This document shows positions 26,251-37,172 of a stretch of DNA of 64,000 nt, piece by piece. The stretch spans positions 56,927-120,926 of the forward strand of contig CAZGEG010000013.1 in the NCBI GenBank assembly GCA_964524835.1. The letters run 5' to 3'. Made by a program: the position numbers and the translations under genes. The stretch comes from an uncultured Geobacter sp. (GTDB lineage: Bacteria; Desulfobacterota; Desulfuromonadia; Geobacterales; Pseudopelobacteraceae). Position 1 is the first letter of the stretch; every line of letters begins with the position of its first letter. The notes under the pieces are model-generated. The model had not been told where the DNA came from. It saw nothing but the letters and a program-made list of their open reading frames with translations, and made no database searches.

Positions 26251-27027
26251 ATGGTTCAGCTTTCCTGCAGTGACATCCAGCTCAATTTCGGCGGCGTCCG
26301 CGCTCTTTCGGGCGTCTCCTTCGAAGTCCAACAGGGCGAGATCTTCGCCATCATCGGTCCGAACGGCGCCGGCAAATCCTCTATGCTTAACTGCATCAGC
26401 GGCCTGTACCACCCGCAGCAGGGCACGGTACGCTATGAAGACCAGGACATTACCCGGCTCCCCCCGTATGGAAGGACCATGCGGGGAATCGCTCGGTCAT
26501 TCCAGAACATTGCACTGTTCAAGGGAATGAGTGTCATAGACAACCTCATGATCGGTCGGCACCTGCACCAGCACGCCGGCCTGATTACCGGCGGCCTGTA
26601 CTATGGACCAGCCCAGGCGGAAGAGACCAGGCACCGCGAGTATTGCGAGGAAATCATCGAATTCCTCGAAATACAAGGCATTCGAAAATCGATCGTCGGC
26701 ACGCTCGCATACGGCTTCCAAAAGCGGGTGGAGCTGGCGCGTGCGCTGGCGCTTGACCCGAAACTGCTCCTTCTGGATGAACCGATGGCGGGGATGAACC
26801 TTGAAGAAACTGAAGATATGGTCCGCTTTATTCTTGACACCAACGAAGCCCGGGGCATTACGATCATCATGATCGAACATGATATGGGTGTTGTCATGGA
26901 TATTTCCAATTCCGTCTGTGTACTGGATTTCGGCAAAAAGATTGCCGGAGGTACTCCGGAACAGGTTCAGCAGGATCCGAACGTTATCAAGGCCTATCTT
27001 GGCGATGAAGATCTGGAGGGGCTCTAG
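26251..27027 (+). CDS. branched-chain amino acid (HAAT family) ABC transporter ATP-binding protein, LivG-type
   Basis: GPNGAGKSS Walker A, LAYGFQKRVELARAL signature, LLLLDEP Walker B. Confidence 0.88.
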   Translation: MVQLSCSDIQLNFGGVRALSGVSFEVQQGEIFAIIGPNGAGKSSMLNCISGLYHPQQGTVRYEDQDITRLPPYGRTMRGIARSFQNIALFKGMSVIDNLMIGRHLHQHAGLITGGLYYGPAQAEETRHREYCEEIIEFLEIQGIRKSIVGTLAYGFQKRVELARALALDPKLLLLDEPMAGMNLEETEDMVRFILDTNEARGITIIMIEHDMGVVMDISNSVCVLDFGKKIAGGTPEQVQQDPNVIKAYLGDEDLEGL

Positions 27028-28935
27028 GTGCATATTGATCTTGACGACATGACATTTCCCAAACTGCTGCAGGCCCGGTCCGCGGCGCTCGGCCCAAAGA
27101 GAACGGCCCTCCGGAAAAAAGGGCTCGGCATCTGGCAGAACTGCAGCTGGCAGCAGTATCTTGACGAGGTCCGGACCCTAGCGCTTGGGCTTTACTCACT
27201 CGGCTTTACTCCCGGCGAAAAGCTGGCGATCATAGGAAACAACCGCCCGGAGTCACTTTTCGCCGAGATTGCTGCCCAGGCGGTCGGCGGCATCGCTCTT
27301 TCGCTGTACCAAGAATCAACCCCGCAGGAGGTGGCCGGAGCGATCGAGCAGTTCGACGTCAGCTTTGTCATCGCCGAGGGCCAGGAACAGGTAGACAAGC
27401 TGCTTGACCAGCGGGACCGTCTCCCCAACCTCCGCCGCATCATCTTTATCCAGAAGCGCGGGATGCGGAAATACCATGATGAACTTCTTTCAAGCCTCGA
27501 AACTGTTCAGGAATCGGGCGCGGCACTCGGAAGTCGGCAACCGGAACTGTTCGAGGAATTGATTGCGGCGGGAAGAGGCGATGATACCGCCATCATCTGC
27601 CTGACCTCGGGAACGACAGGGCACCCCAAGGGTGCTATGCTCTCCTACCGGAACCTGATCAGCATGAGCCTCGCCTTCAATGAAGCCGATCCAAAAAAAT
27701 CGGAGGATGAATTCGTATCCCTCCTCCCGCTGGCCTGGTTCGGCGAACAGCTCATGTCGATTGCCGCCCCGCTTGTCGTCGGCTATACGGTCAACTTTCC
27801 AGAAAAACAGGAGACCGCAATGGCCGACCTGCGTGAAATCGGGCCGCATATCATGCTCTCCCCACCCAAGGTATGGGAATCAATCGCAGCCTCCGTACGC
27901 GTCAGGATGATGGACTCGACCCCGTTCAAGAAATTCATGTTCGACACGTTCATGCCGGTCGGCGAGCGCTATGCCGACTGCCTGCTGGCGGGGACACCGC
28001 CGCCGCTCTCTCTGCAGATCGGGCGCTTCTGTGCCGAAATCCTCCTGTTCAGGGCGCTCAGGGATCGGCTCGGCCTTTCACATGTCCGTTCGGCACTGAC
28101 CGGTGGAGCCTCGCTAGGCAGCGGCGTATTCAGATTTTTCCATGCGATAGGAGTCAACCTCAAACAGCTCTACGGCCAGACTGAGATCGCCGGAATAACC
28201 TGCATGCATCGCAACGGCGGTGTTAAGGGGACGACTGTCGGACTGCCGCTGCCCGGCACCGAGATCAGGATTGACGAGAACGGCGAAATACTTTCGAGAA
28301 GTGCCGGAGTCTTCAAGGGATATTACGGCGAAGAGGAGGCAACCCGTCAGGCGATTACCGCTGATGGCTGGCTCAGATCTGGCGATACCGGCTTTCTGGA
28401 TCCGCATGGTCATATCACGATATCAGACAGGGTCGGTGATGTGTTGACCCTGCCGGATGGATCCAAATTTTCTGCACAGCAGATTGAAAACAACCTCCGT
28501 TTCTCGCCGTATATCGCAGAAGCGATCGTTATTGGCGGGAACGGGGTTCCGCTGGTTGCCCTTATCAGCATTTCCAGCCGTATTGTGGGGAAATGGGCCG
28601 GGGACAACAAGTTGTCATATATGACCTTTGCCGACCTGACTTCCCGACCCGAAGTCAATGATCTGATAGCCGGAGAAATTGCCGTTGCGAATGCCGGCAT
28701 GCCTGAACAGGCGAGGATTGCACGCTTTGCGATCATCTATAAGGAGTTGGATGCGGACGAGGGTGAACTGACCCGCACCGGCAAGGTGCGACGAAAAACG
28801 GTCGGCGTGATTTACAAAGAGATTATTGACGCCCTTAACGCAGGGATCGACGCAGTTCCGATCGACACCACGGTTGACTTTTCCGACGGTAAATCGGGGC
28901 ACATCAAAACCACCGTCACCATCAGAACAACCTGA
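27028..28935 (+). CDS. long-chain-type AMP-forming acyl-CoA ligase embedded in the ABC operon
   Basis: LTSGTTGHPKGAMLSY and YGQTEIAG. GTG at 27028 abuts the TAG of the preceding gene. An alternative ATG lies at 27049. Confidence 0.82.
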   Translation: MHIDLDDMTFPKLLQARSAALGPKRTALRKKGLGIWQNCSWQQYLDEVRTLALGLYSLGFTPGEKLAIIGNNRPESLFAEIAAQAVGGIALSLYQESTPQEVAGAIEQFDVSFVIAEGQEQVDKLLDQRDRLPNLRRIIFIQKRGMRKYHDELLSSLETVQESGAALGSRQPELFEELIAAGRGDDTAIICLTSGTTGHPKGAMLSYRNLISMSLAFNEADPKKSEDEFVSLLPLAWFGEQLMSIAAPLVVGYTVNFPEKQETAMADLREIGPHIMLSPPKVWESIAASVRVRMMDSTPFKKFMFDTFMPVGERYADCLLAGTPPPLSLQIGRFCAEILLFRALRDRLGLSHVRSALTGGASLGSGVFRFFHAIGVNLKQLYGQTEIAGITCMHRNGGVKGTTVGLPLPGTEIRIDENGEILSRSAGVFKGYYGEEEATRQAITADGWLRSGDTGFLDPHGHITISDRVGDVLTLPDGSKFSAQQIENNLRFSPYIAEAIVIGGNGVPLVALISISSRIVGKWAGDNKLSYMTFADLTSRPEVNDLIAGEIAVANAGMPEQARIARFAIIYKELDADEGELTRTGKVRRKTVGVIYKEIIDALNAGIDAVPIDTTVDFSDGKSGHIKTTVTIRTT

Positions 28936-28949
28936 GCGGAGTAGCCACT

Positions 28950-29843
28950 ATGGATGTCACTTTTCTCCTGCAACTTCTAATCAACGGACTCGTGGTCGGC
29001 AGTATTTATGCGCTGGTTGCGACCGGATTCGTCATCATCTACAAGGCCACCAGCGCTCTTAACCTGGCGCAGGGCGAGTTCCTGATGGTCGGAGCATACC
29101 TCTGCCTCAACCTGCTCTCCAAATACCAGATTCCCCTCTGGCAGGCGATCTTGATCACCTTCGCTTTCTCGGCGCTGCTCGGCGTAATAATTGAGCGAGT
29201 AATATTGCGCCCTCTAATAGGTTCCCACCTGATTTCAGTTATTATGGTTACTCTCGGTTTATCAAGCATCCTGAAGGCGCTTCTTCAGCTGGCTTACGGA
29301 ACCGACACCATACCTTTCCCGGAGGTTTTTCCGAGTGCACCGGTGCAGATCGGACCGATTCCGGTTTCTCAGGGCTATCTGTACGCCATCGGTTGCGTTA
29401 CATTCCTGGTGACTCTACTTACCTTGTTTTTTAAATATTCTAAAACCGGCGTTGCTATGCGGGCTACAGCTTCGAGCCAGCAAGTCGCCCTCTCAATGGG
29501 GATCAGCGTTAAAAAAATGTTCGCCATATCCTGGGCCATATCCGCCATTGTTTCAGCTGTGGGGGGTATCCTGCTCGGCACGATCCGGGGGGGAATCGAT
29601 ATGTCTCTTAGTTTCATGGGGCTTAAAGTCCTGCCGGTTGTCATCCTTGGCGGACTTGACAGCATTCTGGGAGCCATTGTAGGTGGAATAATAATCGGTG
29701 TACTTGAAAACCTATCCGGAGGTTACGTTGACCCACTGGTCGGCGGAGGTGCAAAAGAGGTGGCGCCATACATCGCCCTGATCCTGATTCTAATGTTCAA
29801 ACCGTACGGTCTTTTCGGTAAAAAGAAGATCGAAAGGGTATAA
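28950..29843 (+). CDS. HAAT-family ABC permease, LivH-type
   Basis: MDVTFLLQLLINGLVVGSIYALVATGFVIIYKATSALNLAQGE. Confidence 0.88.
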   Translation: MDVTFLLQLLINGLVVGSIYALVATGFVIIYKATSALNLAQGEFLMVGAYLCLNLLSKYQIPLWQAILITFAFSALLGVIIERVILRPLIGSHLISVIMVTLGLSSILKALLQLAYGTDTIPFPEVFPSAPVQIGPIPVSQGYLYAIGCVTFLVTLLTLFFKYSKTGVAMRATASSQQVALSMGISVKKMFAISWAISAIVSAVGGILLGTIRGGIDMSLSFMGLKVLPVVILGGLDSILGAIVGGIIIGVLENLSGGYVDPLVGGGAKEVAPYIALILILMFKPYGLFGKKKIERV

Positions 29844-29873
29844 CCAGCTATATTTACTCCAAAGTGAGGCTCT

Positions 29874-30917
29874 ATGCGTTGCGGTGATTTCAAAACTTCA
29901 TATTCAGCAGACATGACTATTTTTGAATCAAAGAGTGCCCGTGTAATGCTGGGATTATTTCTCTGCCTGCTCTTCACCCTCCCGCTCTATACCCCCGGAT
30001 ATGTGCTTGATATCGTTAACCGCATCGGTATCGCCGTAATAGGCGCAATAGGCCTCAATATCCTGACAGGATTCACCGGCCAGATTTCACTCGGCAATGC
30101 CGCTTTCATGGCTATTGGTGCCTTCTCCTGCGGTTATCTCGGCACACGGTTTGGACTGCCGTTCTACGTTTGCATCCCTCTTGCAGGGCTTTTGACAGCT
30201 TTCTTAGGGATGTTTGTCGGCATACCCTCTTTACGTATCAAGGGACTCTATCTGGCGATGGCTACGCTGGCTGCTCATTTTATTGTTGAATTTATTGTAG
30301 TTAAATGGGAATCGGTTACCGGCGGCGTAAACGGTCTCTCCATAGCGGCTCCGAAAATTGGCAGCTTTGCCTTTGACACTGATGTCAGAATGTTCTTCCT
30401 GATTTTCATAATTGCAACAATGGCTGTGCTATTCGCAAAAAACCTGTTTCGCACCAAGGTTGGCAAGGCTTTTGTCGCTATCCGGGATCAAGCCATTTCA
30501 GCGGAGGTGATGGGTGTAAACATACTGAAATACAAACTACTCTCTTTCGGCATCAGCTCCTTTTATGTTGGAGTCGCCGGAGCGCTGGTGGCATATCATG
30601 CCAAAATCATTTCTCCCGAAACTTTTCCGGTCACAGTAGCCATCGACTATCTTGGCATGATCATTATCGGCGGGCTCGGCAGCATTCTCGGATCAATCTA
30701 CGGTGCTATTTTTATAACACTGCTTCCTGAACTGCTCAGACTGTTAACTTCAGCACTGGCCGGCCCTTTTCCTTTACTGGTTGCCAAGTTGGCTGCCATG
30801 AAAGAATTGGTTTTTGGTCTTTTTGTTGTCATCTTCATCCTATTTGAACCGGCAGGCATGGCGGCCCGCTGGCACAGCATCAAGAACTATTGGAAACTCT
30901 ATCCTTTTTCACACTGA
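29874..30917 (+). CDS. HAAT-family ABC permease, LivM-type
   Basis: GLNILTGFTGQISLGNAAFMAIGAF, with about 9-10 TM helices. Confidence 0.86.
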   Translation: MRCGDFKTSYSADMTIFESKSARVMLGLFLCLLFTLPLYTPGYVLDIVNRIGIAVIGAIGLNILTGFTGQISLGNAAFMAIGAFSCGYLGTRFGLPFYVCIPLAGLLTAFLGMFVGIPSLRIKGLYLAMATLAAHFIVEFIVVKWESVTGGVNGLSIAAPKIGSFAFDTDVRMFFLIFIIATMAVLFAKNLFRTKVGKAFVAIRDQAISAEVMGVNILKYKLLSFGISSFYVGVAGALVAYHAKIISPETFPVTVAIDYLGMIIIGGLGSILGSIYGAIFITLLPELLRLLTSALAGPFPLLVAKLAAMKELVFGLFVVIFILFEPAGMAARWHSIKNYWKLYPFSH

Positions 30918-31033
30918 TGTTTGATATCAGGAAAGGGGTGGTATCCGCGGAACTCACAGTGGCTTTATGACGTGTATGGATCAGGAAGTTACATTCGGAT
31001 GGAGGCAGTACAAACAGAGAAAGGGAGGTAGGT

Positions 31034-32215
31034 ATGAAATTAGAAAGAATTCTGGCAACAGTGGCAGCAGTAGTGACCGTCGCATCAACTTCGTTTGCGG
31101 CGGAGACGATCAAAGTCGGTGGTTTATGGGACCTGACCGGCGTCACGGCCGACGTCGGCAAACCATTTGCCGACGGTGTACAGGACGCGATCGCCTCGAT
31201 CAACGCAAAGGGTGGAGTCAACGGCAAAAAGATTGAGCTCGTAAATGTCGACTATGCGTACAAAATCCCGCAGGCCAACGCCGCGTACAAAAAATTCGTC
31301 GAGTCGGACAAGGTTGTAATGATCAACGGATGGGGAACCGGCGACACGGAAGCGCTTAAGGACACCATCGCCAAGGACAAAATTCCCTATTTTTCTGCTT
31401 CCTACTCCGGCCACCTGACCGATCCAGCCAAAACACCCTATAACTTTTTCGTTGGTGCCAGCTATTCTGATCAGATCCGCGGTTTTCTCGATTTTGTTAA
31501 AAAGAACTGGAAAGGGAAAGAAGCTGCAAAGGTCGCATTCATCTATCCCAACCACGGTTTCGGTAAAGCACCTATCGAAGCAGGCAGACAATACGCCAAG
31601 GAACTGGGTATCGATCTTGTACACGAAGAGATAATTCCAGCACCGGTTCAGGATGTAACCTCCAACCTCCTCAGCATGCAGAGAAAGAACCCTGATTACG
31701 CATATGTTCAGACAACCGTCGCCCCATGCGCCAATCTTCTCAAGGACGCGAAGAAACTCGGCATTAAAACGGTCTTCTTCCTTGGCAACTACGGCATGAC
31801 CGAGGCACTCCCCAAGCTCGCCAAAGAGGCTGCTGAAGGCGTTTACGGCATGGCAACCCATGCAGCTTATGGTGAAAATGTAAAGGGCATGAAAGCACTG
31901 CTTGACTGGAACAAGAAGCACTCCCCGAAAGCAGAGCGGGATACGGTATATGTTCGCGGTTGGAGTTACGGTCTGGTTTGGGCCGAGGGGCTCAGGATAG
32001 CTGACAAGAACAAACAACTGAACGGGGAAGGTATCAAGAACGCTCTTGAAACCCTCAAGAACTTCGATACCGGCGGACTGGTCCCACCGATAACCTACAC
32101 TGCTACCGACCACCGCCCAACCACCAAGACCACAATCTATGTTATCAAGGGTGGTAAAATGTCAAAAGTCCAGGACGTTGAAACTGCCCGCAAGAAAGAA
32201 TGGCTGGGGCTTTAA
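31034..32215 (+). CDS. periplasmic LIV-type (type I) substrate-binding protein
   Basis: Signal peptide ends SFA-AE. IKVGGLWDLTGVTADVGKPFADGVQDAIASINAKGGVNGKKIELV. Confidence 0.85.
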   Translation: MKLERILATVAAVVTVASTSFAAETIKVGGLWDLTGVTADVGKPFADGVQDAIASINAKGGVNGKKIELVNVDYAYKIPQANAAYKKFVESDKVVMINGWGTGDTEALKDTIAKDKIPYFSASYSGHLTDPAKTPYNFFVGASYSDQIRGFLDFVKKNWKGKEAAKVAFIYPNHGFGKAPIEAGRQYAKELGIDLVHEEIIPAPVQDVTSNLLSMQRKNPDYAYVQTTVAPCANLLKDAKKLGIKTVFFLGNYGMTEALPKLAKEAAEGVYGMATHAAYGENVKGMKALLDWNKKHSPKAERDTVYVRGWSYGLVWAEGLRIADKNKQLNGEGIKNALETLKNFDTGGLVPPITYTATDHRPTTKTTIYVIKGGKMSKVQDVETARKKEWLGL

Positions 32216-32284
32216 GCATCTGCAAGTTTAATCAGGGGGGGTGATACCTTCGCCCCCTTCTTTTCAATCACGAGGCTCGCCACC

Positions 32285-33076
32285 ATGCTGACTATAAACA
32301 ATGCAGAAGTTATCTACAACCGAGTCATCCTTGTCCTGAAAGGCCTGTCTCTGCATGTTCCCGAGGGGAGGATTGTAGCGCTTCTCGGTGCTAACGGAGC
32401 GGGAAAAAGCACGACGCTCAAAGCGATATCCGGACTGCTAAAATCCGAAGATGGCGAAGTATCGTCAGGTTCAATTGAGTTCATGGGTGAGCGAATCAAT
32501 AATATGGATCCGGAAGAGATCGTCAGAAAAGGTATATTTCAGGTAATGGAAGGTCGCCGGGTTTTCGAAGACCTCACCATTGACGAGAACCTGATCGTCG
32601 GCGGCCATACCCGCACAGACGCCGCAGGTTTCAAGCGGGACAAGGACTTGGTCTATGATTATTTTCCCCGCCTTCGTGAACGACGCAACCAGTTATCGGG
32701 GTTCCTGAGCGGAGGCGAGCAGCAGATGCTCGCCATCGGCAGGGCGCTTATGGCGAGGCCCAAATTGATGCTGCTCGATGAGCCGTCTCTCGGAATAGCA
32801 CCACTGCTCGTGCAGGAGATTTTCCAGCTGATCAAGAAGATCAATGCCGAGGAGAAGACCACCATCCTGCTGGTAGAACAGAACGCGAATATTGCCTTCA
32901 GCATCTGTGATCATGCCTATATCATGGAGGGGGGACGTGTCGCCATGAGCGGCACAACAGAGCAGATGAAGTCTAATGATGACGTTAAGGAATTTTATCT
33001 GGGCATGGGCGAAGGGAAGGAAAAGAAGAGTTACCGCGAATTAAAAAGCTATAAACGCCGGAAACGCTGGCTGTAA
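32285..33076 (+). CDS. HAAT-family ABC ATP-binding protein, LivF-type
   Basis: GANGAGKST, LSGGEQQMLAIGRAL and LMLLDEPSLG. Confidence 0.88.
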   Translation: MLTINNAEVIYNRVILVLKGLSLHVPEGRIVALLGANGAGKSTTLKAISGLLKSEDGEVSSGSIEFMGERINNMDPEEIVRKGIFQVMEGRRVFEDLTIDENLIVGGHTRTDAAGFKRDKDLVYDYFPRLRERRNQLSGFLSGGEQQMLAIGRALMARPKLMLLDEPSLGIAPLLVQEIFQLIKKINAEEKTTILLVEQNANIAFSICDHAYIMEGGRVAMSGTTEQMKSNDDVKEFYLGMGEGKEKKSYRELKSYKRRKRWL

Positions 33077-33108
33077 TACAACGATTTACTTTATTGAAGG
33101 AGCCTACC

Positions 33109-33912
33109 ATGGGAATCAGGGATATTCTGGTGCATCTCGACAATTCAGCCGCCTCTGCATCACGGCTTGATATTGCCATCGCGTTTGCCCGCAAACATGG
33201 CGCACGCCTTAGAGGGCTGTACCTGATCACCCATTCATTCTATGAACCCCGTTCGCTCAAAGAAAATAAAGACAGTGAAAAAGCTGAGCAACTGTTCGAA
33301 GCAAAAACCTCGGATGCTGGTATTACCTCTGAGTGGGTGTTTCATGATTGCTCAGTCATGGGATCAAATGTAAGCGATTTGGTCACGATGCACGCATATT
33401 ATACTGACCTTGTCGTACTTGGACAGGCGGACATCTCGGCACCTGCCATCAACATACCGACTGATCTGGTTGAACGTGTCGTCTTATCCTGCGGCAGGCC
33501 GGTTCTGGTCGTCCCCTATTCCGGAATATTTCTCACCGCCGGCGACAGAGTCATGATCGCATGGAAGGCAGGACGTGAATCAATCCGGGCCGTCAATGAC
33601 TCTCTGTCACACTTGCAAAAAGCGCATTCAGTTGTTATTGTAGCCGGCAAGACGACGAGAGAAAATGGTGATCCCTCTTTAGATGCGGTCAGAAACTTCC
33701 TGCTCACTCACGACATTAATGTCGGAATTGAGACAATCAACTCCGGAAACTTTCCTATCGGCGACATGCTTTTGAACACTGCCTGTGAAAAGAAGATCGA
33801 CCTGCTCGTAATGGGCGTTTTTGCCCCGAATCGCCGCGGGAATCTTGAGATGAGCCCGGTTGCGCGTCATGTACTCAAACACCTCACGACGCCGGTATTA
33901 ATGTCACATTAA
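33109..33912 (+). CDS. tandem universal stress protein (UspA) domain protein
   Basis: Start set to ATG 33109, 6 nt after GAAGGAG. ILVHLDNS...DLVVLGQ in the first domain and DLLVMGVF...HVLKHLTTPVLMSH in the second. Confidence 0.8.
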   Translation: MGIRDILVHLDNSAASASRLDIAIAFARKHGARLRGLYLITHSFYEPRSLKENKDSEKAEQLFEAKTSDAGITSEWVFHDCSVMGSNVSDLVTMHAYYTDLVVLGQADISAPAINIPTDLVERVVLSCGRPVLVVPYSGIFLTAGDRVMIAWKAGRESIRAVNDSLSHLQKAHSVVIVAGKTTRENGDPSLDAVRNFLLTHDINVGIETINSGNFPIGDMLLNTACEKKIDLLVMGVFAPNRRGNLEMSPVARHVLKHLTTPVLMSH

Positions 33913-33961
33913 CAGCGGCACTCTCGAATCACATACTTCGCGGACTGAATCAGGGATTGCT

Positions 33962-34366
33962 ATGAATTCATCACACGAAAATGAAGAGCTGATTTCAATT
34001 GGTGACCTGGCCAAAAGCCTGAACCTGACCACCCGGACATTGCGCTACTGGGAGGAAGCCGGAATAATTGAGGCTGCCCCCCGTTCAGACGGGAGCAACC
34101 GTTTCTACACTCAGGATATAGCCAAGAGGGTCAGGTTCATTATCAGGCTCAAGGAACTTGGCCTTACAATTCAGGAACTCCAGGATCTCTACACCGCATA
34201 CGGTGAGGCAAAAAGAACCGACCGGATGATTCCGGCACTCGTGCAGGTTTTGGACCGGCACATCAATCTTGTAGATGAAAAAATGGCGCGCATGGCTTCA
34301 CTGAGAAAAGAAATTGTTGAATATCGCCAACGCATGTCTACGAAATTGAATGCGCTTGCACGATAA
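33962..34366 (+). CDS. MerR-family transcriptional regulator (LiuR-like by context, tentative)
   Basis: ISIGDLAKSLNLTTRTLRYWEEAGII HTH, then a coiled-coil dimerisation helix. Confidence 0.8.
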   Translation: MNSSHENEELISIGDLAKSLNLTTRTLRYWEEAGIIEAAPRSDGSNRFYTQDIAKRVRFIIRLKELGLTIQELQDLYTAYGEAKRTDRMIPALVQVLDRHINLVDEKMARMASLRKEIVEYRQRMSTKLNALAR

Positions 34367-34440
34367 CGGCAGGTGGTGCCAACAGGAGAGAATTAAACTG
34401 TTATGCGGATATTCCGGCATTCTGTACATTAAATACAAAC

Positions 34441-34472
34441 GGGAACGGCGTGGATTATTTCACGCCGTTCCC
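34441..34472 (-). terminator. intrinsic terminator after rplQ
   Basis: 12-bp stem gggaacggcgtg / cacgccgttccc with an 8-nt loop. On the minus strand it is followed by gtttgtattt. Confidence 0.7.
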
Positions 34473-34499
34473 GCTTAAGCTATGAAAGGGTACTTTGAC

Positions 34500-34967
34500 T
34501 TAAGCTTCGGCAGGAGCTGAAACTTCACTTTCAGGAGTTGCAGCAGGAGCAGCAGCTGCAACAACCTGTTTGAGTTTTACAGGAGTCGCCTTAACCTTGG
34601 AAGGTTTCATTTCAGCCTCGACAAGTTCAATCAAGGAGAGCGGTGCAGCATCACCCTGGCGTATGCCAAGCTTAATTATTCTGGTATAACCGCCAAGACG
34701 TTCCTTGTAACAAGGAGCAATCGTTGAAAACAGTTTCGAAACAACCGACTTCTCCCGAATCACGGAAGCAGCCAAACGCATCGAATGAAGATCGCCGCGC
34801 TTGCCAAGTGTTATCATCCGCTCTGCAACAACACGGATCTCTTTTGCCTTGGCATCTGTCGTTGTAATTTTACCGTGATCCAGCAGGGAGGTTACCATAT
34901 TTCTGAACATCGCCTCGCGATGGCTCGTTTTCCTGCCCAATCTTCTTCCAGCTTTACCGTGACGCAT
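34500..34967 (-). CDS. rplQ: 50S ribosomal protein L17
   Basis: [24 protein letters not shown]. Last gene of the alpha operon, with an Ala/Pro-rich C-terminal tail. Confidence 0.95.
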   Translation of the reverse strand: MRHGKAGRRLGRKTSHREAMFRNMVTSLLDHGKITTTDAKAKEIRVVAERMITLGKRGDLHSMRLAASVIREKSVVSKLFSTIAPCYKERLGGYTRIIKLGIRQGDAAPLSLIELVEAEMKPSKVKATPVKLKQVVAAAAPAATPESEVSAPAEA

Positions 34968-35004
34968 ATATAAGATTCCTTTCTAAACTAGACCCGATAG
35001 TAAA

Positions 35005-36027
35005 TTACTCTTCTTCTTTCTGCTCACCACGTAGCCTGATCATCAACTCCGGATCAGGAAAACTGTCGATTTTCATTCCGAATGTCAGACCCATATCCGA
35101 AAGAATATCTTTTATTTCATTAAGTGATTTACGGCCAAAGTTCTGAGTTTTCAGCATTTCCGATTCTGATTTTGTGACCAGCTCACCAATTAATTTGATG
35201 CCGGCATTTTTTAGACAATTGGCCGACCGTACCGACAGTTCCAATTCGTCAACCGTACGATACAGGTTTTCGTTGACCTTGTCTTTATCCTCTTGAGATT
35301 CTTCATCTACCTGAGGTTCGAATTCCTCATCAAAGTTAATGAATATGGAAAGCTGTTCCTTCAATATTTTAGCTGAATAAGCAACGGCATCTTCCGGCTT
35401 AACACTTCCGTCTGTCCAGACCTCAAGGTTCAACTTATCATAGTCGGTCATCTGGCCGACACGAGCATTCGTTACTGAAAAGTTTACTTTCTTGATGGGT
35501 GTATAAATAGAATCGATTGGAATAGTTCCTACCGGAGACTTCTCGTCGCGGTTCCGGTCTGCAGAGACATAACCCTTTCCCATCTTTACAATCATCTCTA
35601 CTTCGAGATTGGCGTCTTTACCACACGTGGCAATATAGTGGTCAGGATTCATTACTTCCACGTTGTGGCCTGTAATGATATCACCGGCAGTAATAATGCC
35701 AACGCCTTTATGCTTGAAGTGCACCGCAGCCTGGTCGGATGAATGAAGCTTAAGCCTGACACCCTTCAGATTGAGGATTATATCGGTTACATCTTCTGTA
35801 ACGCCCTGAATCGCTGAAAATTCGTGCAGCACGCCTTTGATCCGAAGAGACGTAATTGCGGCGCCCTGAAGGGAAGAGAGGAGTACACGTCTGAGCGAAT
35901 TACCCAGGGTAGTCCCAAAGCCGCGTTCAAAAGGCTCGGCATAAAATTTGCCGTATGTTGCTGTAAGAGTATCCTTTTCAACCTGAAGCTGTTTCGGCTT
36001 GATAAGGTCCCGCCAGTTTTTATACAT
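35005..36027 (-). CDS. rpoA: DNA-directed RNA polymerase alpha subunit
   Basis: [25 protein letters not shown], with C-terminal-domain motif [15 protein letters not shown]. Confidence 0.96.
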   Translation of the reverse strand: MYKNWRDLIKPKQLQVEKDTLTATYGKFYAEPFERGFGTTLGNSLRRVLLSSLQGAAITSLRIKGVLHEFSAIQGVTEDVTDIILNLKGVRLKLHSSDQAAVHFKHKGVGIITAGDIITGHNVEVMNPDHYIATCGKDANLEVEMIVKMGKGYVSADRNRDEKSPVGTIPIDSIYTPIKKVNFSVTNARVGQMTDYDKLNLEVWTDGSVKPEDAVAYSAKILKEQLSIFINFDEEFEPQVDEESQEDKDKVNENLYRTVDELELSVRSANCLKNAGIKLIGELVTKSESEMLKTQNFGRKSLNEIKDILSDMGLTFGMKIDSFPDPELMIRLRGEQKEEE

Positions 36028-36092
36028 TGCTACCTCCTCCGGAAATAGAAACCCGGTTGTAGTTCGAAACTAGAATCAGCAGCATCCAGAGA

Positions 36093-36719
36093 TTACTTGG
36101 AGTAAAGCTCAACAATGAGCTGTTCCTGGATAGGAGTTGTGATATCCTCACGAGTCGGTACACCTTTCAGTGTGCCTTTGAAGGAATCACGATCTAGCTC
36201 TAACCACTGCGGAATTCCACGACGTACAACTGCTTCCAGAGCGTCATTAATAGCAACGACTTTGCGGCTTTTTTCGCGTAACTCAATAACATCGCCAGCC
36301 TTAAGCTGAATCGACGGGATGTCAACTTTTCGACCGTTGATCGTAAAGTGGCCATGACGAACAAGCTGGCGAGATTCGGAGCGTGACGTTGCAAAACCGA
36401 GACGGTAGGCAACATTGTCGAAACGACGCTCAAGTAACGAAAGCAGATTCTCGCCAGTAACGCCCTTCATCCGGTCAGCTAACTGGAAGTAACTGCGAAA
36501 TTGTTTTTCGAGAATGCAATAGATACGACGAACCTTTTGCTTTTCGCGCAGCTGAGTGCCGTATGCAGATACTTTTGTTCTCCCCTGCCCATGCTGGCCT
36601 GGGGGGTAATTACGACGTTTAATTGCACACTTATCGGTATAGCAACGATCGCCTTTTAAAAACAATTCTGTGTTTTCTCTTCTGCACAAACGGCATGAAG
36701 GTCCTGTATATCGAGCCAA
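36093..36719 (-). CDS. rpsD: 30S ribosomal protein S4 (Cys4 zinc form)
   Basis: [31 protein letters not shown]. Confidence 0.95.
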   Translation of the reverse strand: MARYTGPSCRLCRRENTELFLKGDRCYTDKCAIKRRNYPPGQHGQGRTKVSAYGTQLREKQKVRRIYCILEKQFRSYFQLADRMKGVTGENLLSLLERRFDNVAYRLGFATSRSESRQLVRHGHFTINGRKVDIPSIQLKAGDVIELREKSRKVVAINDALEAVVRRGIPQWLELDRDSFKGTLKGVPTREDITTPIQEQLIVELYSK

Positions 36720-36752
36720 TGAAAACCCCCTTAATAGTTGTTACGATTTATA

Positions 36753-37148
36753 TCAGACTCTTCTTCTTTTCGGAGGACGACATCCGTTATGAGGAATCGG
36801 AGTGACATCCTTAATAAAACTAATACTAAAACCGGCTGCCTGAAGAGCACGGAGAGCGGACTCACGACCGGAGCCAGGGCCCTTTACATAAACTTCGACA
36901 GTACGCATTCCATGTTCCTGCGCCTTCTTGGCACAATCTTCAGCAGCTATCTGAGCCGCAAAAGGAGTGCTTTTACGTGAGCCTTTGAAACCTTTGGCTC
37001 CCGCTGTCGACCACGCAACAACATTACCTACTGGGTCCGTAATAGTAATTATGGTGTTGTTGAATGTCGCTTGAATATGAGCAACACCATTTGAAATATT
37101 TTTACGTTCTTTTTTCTTACGAACTACCTTTTTTGATGGGCTTGCCAT
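36753..37148 (-). CDS. rpsK: 30S ribosomal protein S11
   Basis: [30 protein letters not shown]. Confidence 0.95.
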   Translation of the reverse strand: MASPSKKVVRKKKERKNISNGVAHIQATFNNTIITITDPVGNVVAWSTAGAKGFKGSRKSTPFAAQIAAEDCAKKAQEHGMRTVEVYVKGPGSGRESALRALQAAGFSISFIKDVTPIPHNGCRPPKRRRV

Positions 37149-37172
37149 TCGTATTCTCCAGGGCTAGTTAAA

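Noticed and set aside
31124-32113. 329-aa minus-strand ORF antisense to the binding-protein gene. Similar alternate-frame ORFs lie inside the second ABC operon (55399-55884, 56081-56620, 56262-56780, 56803-57441).
   Set aside because: The sense-strand genes have unambiguous ABC and binding-protein motifs. The antisense translations have no recognisable features.
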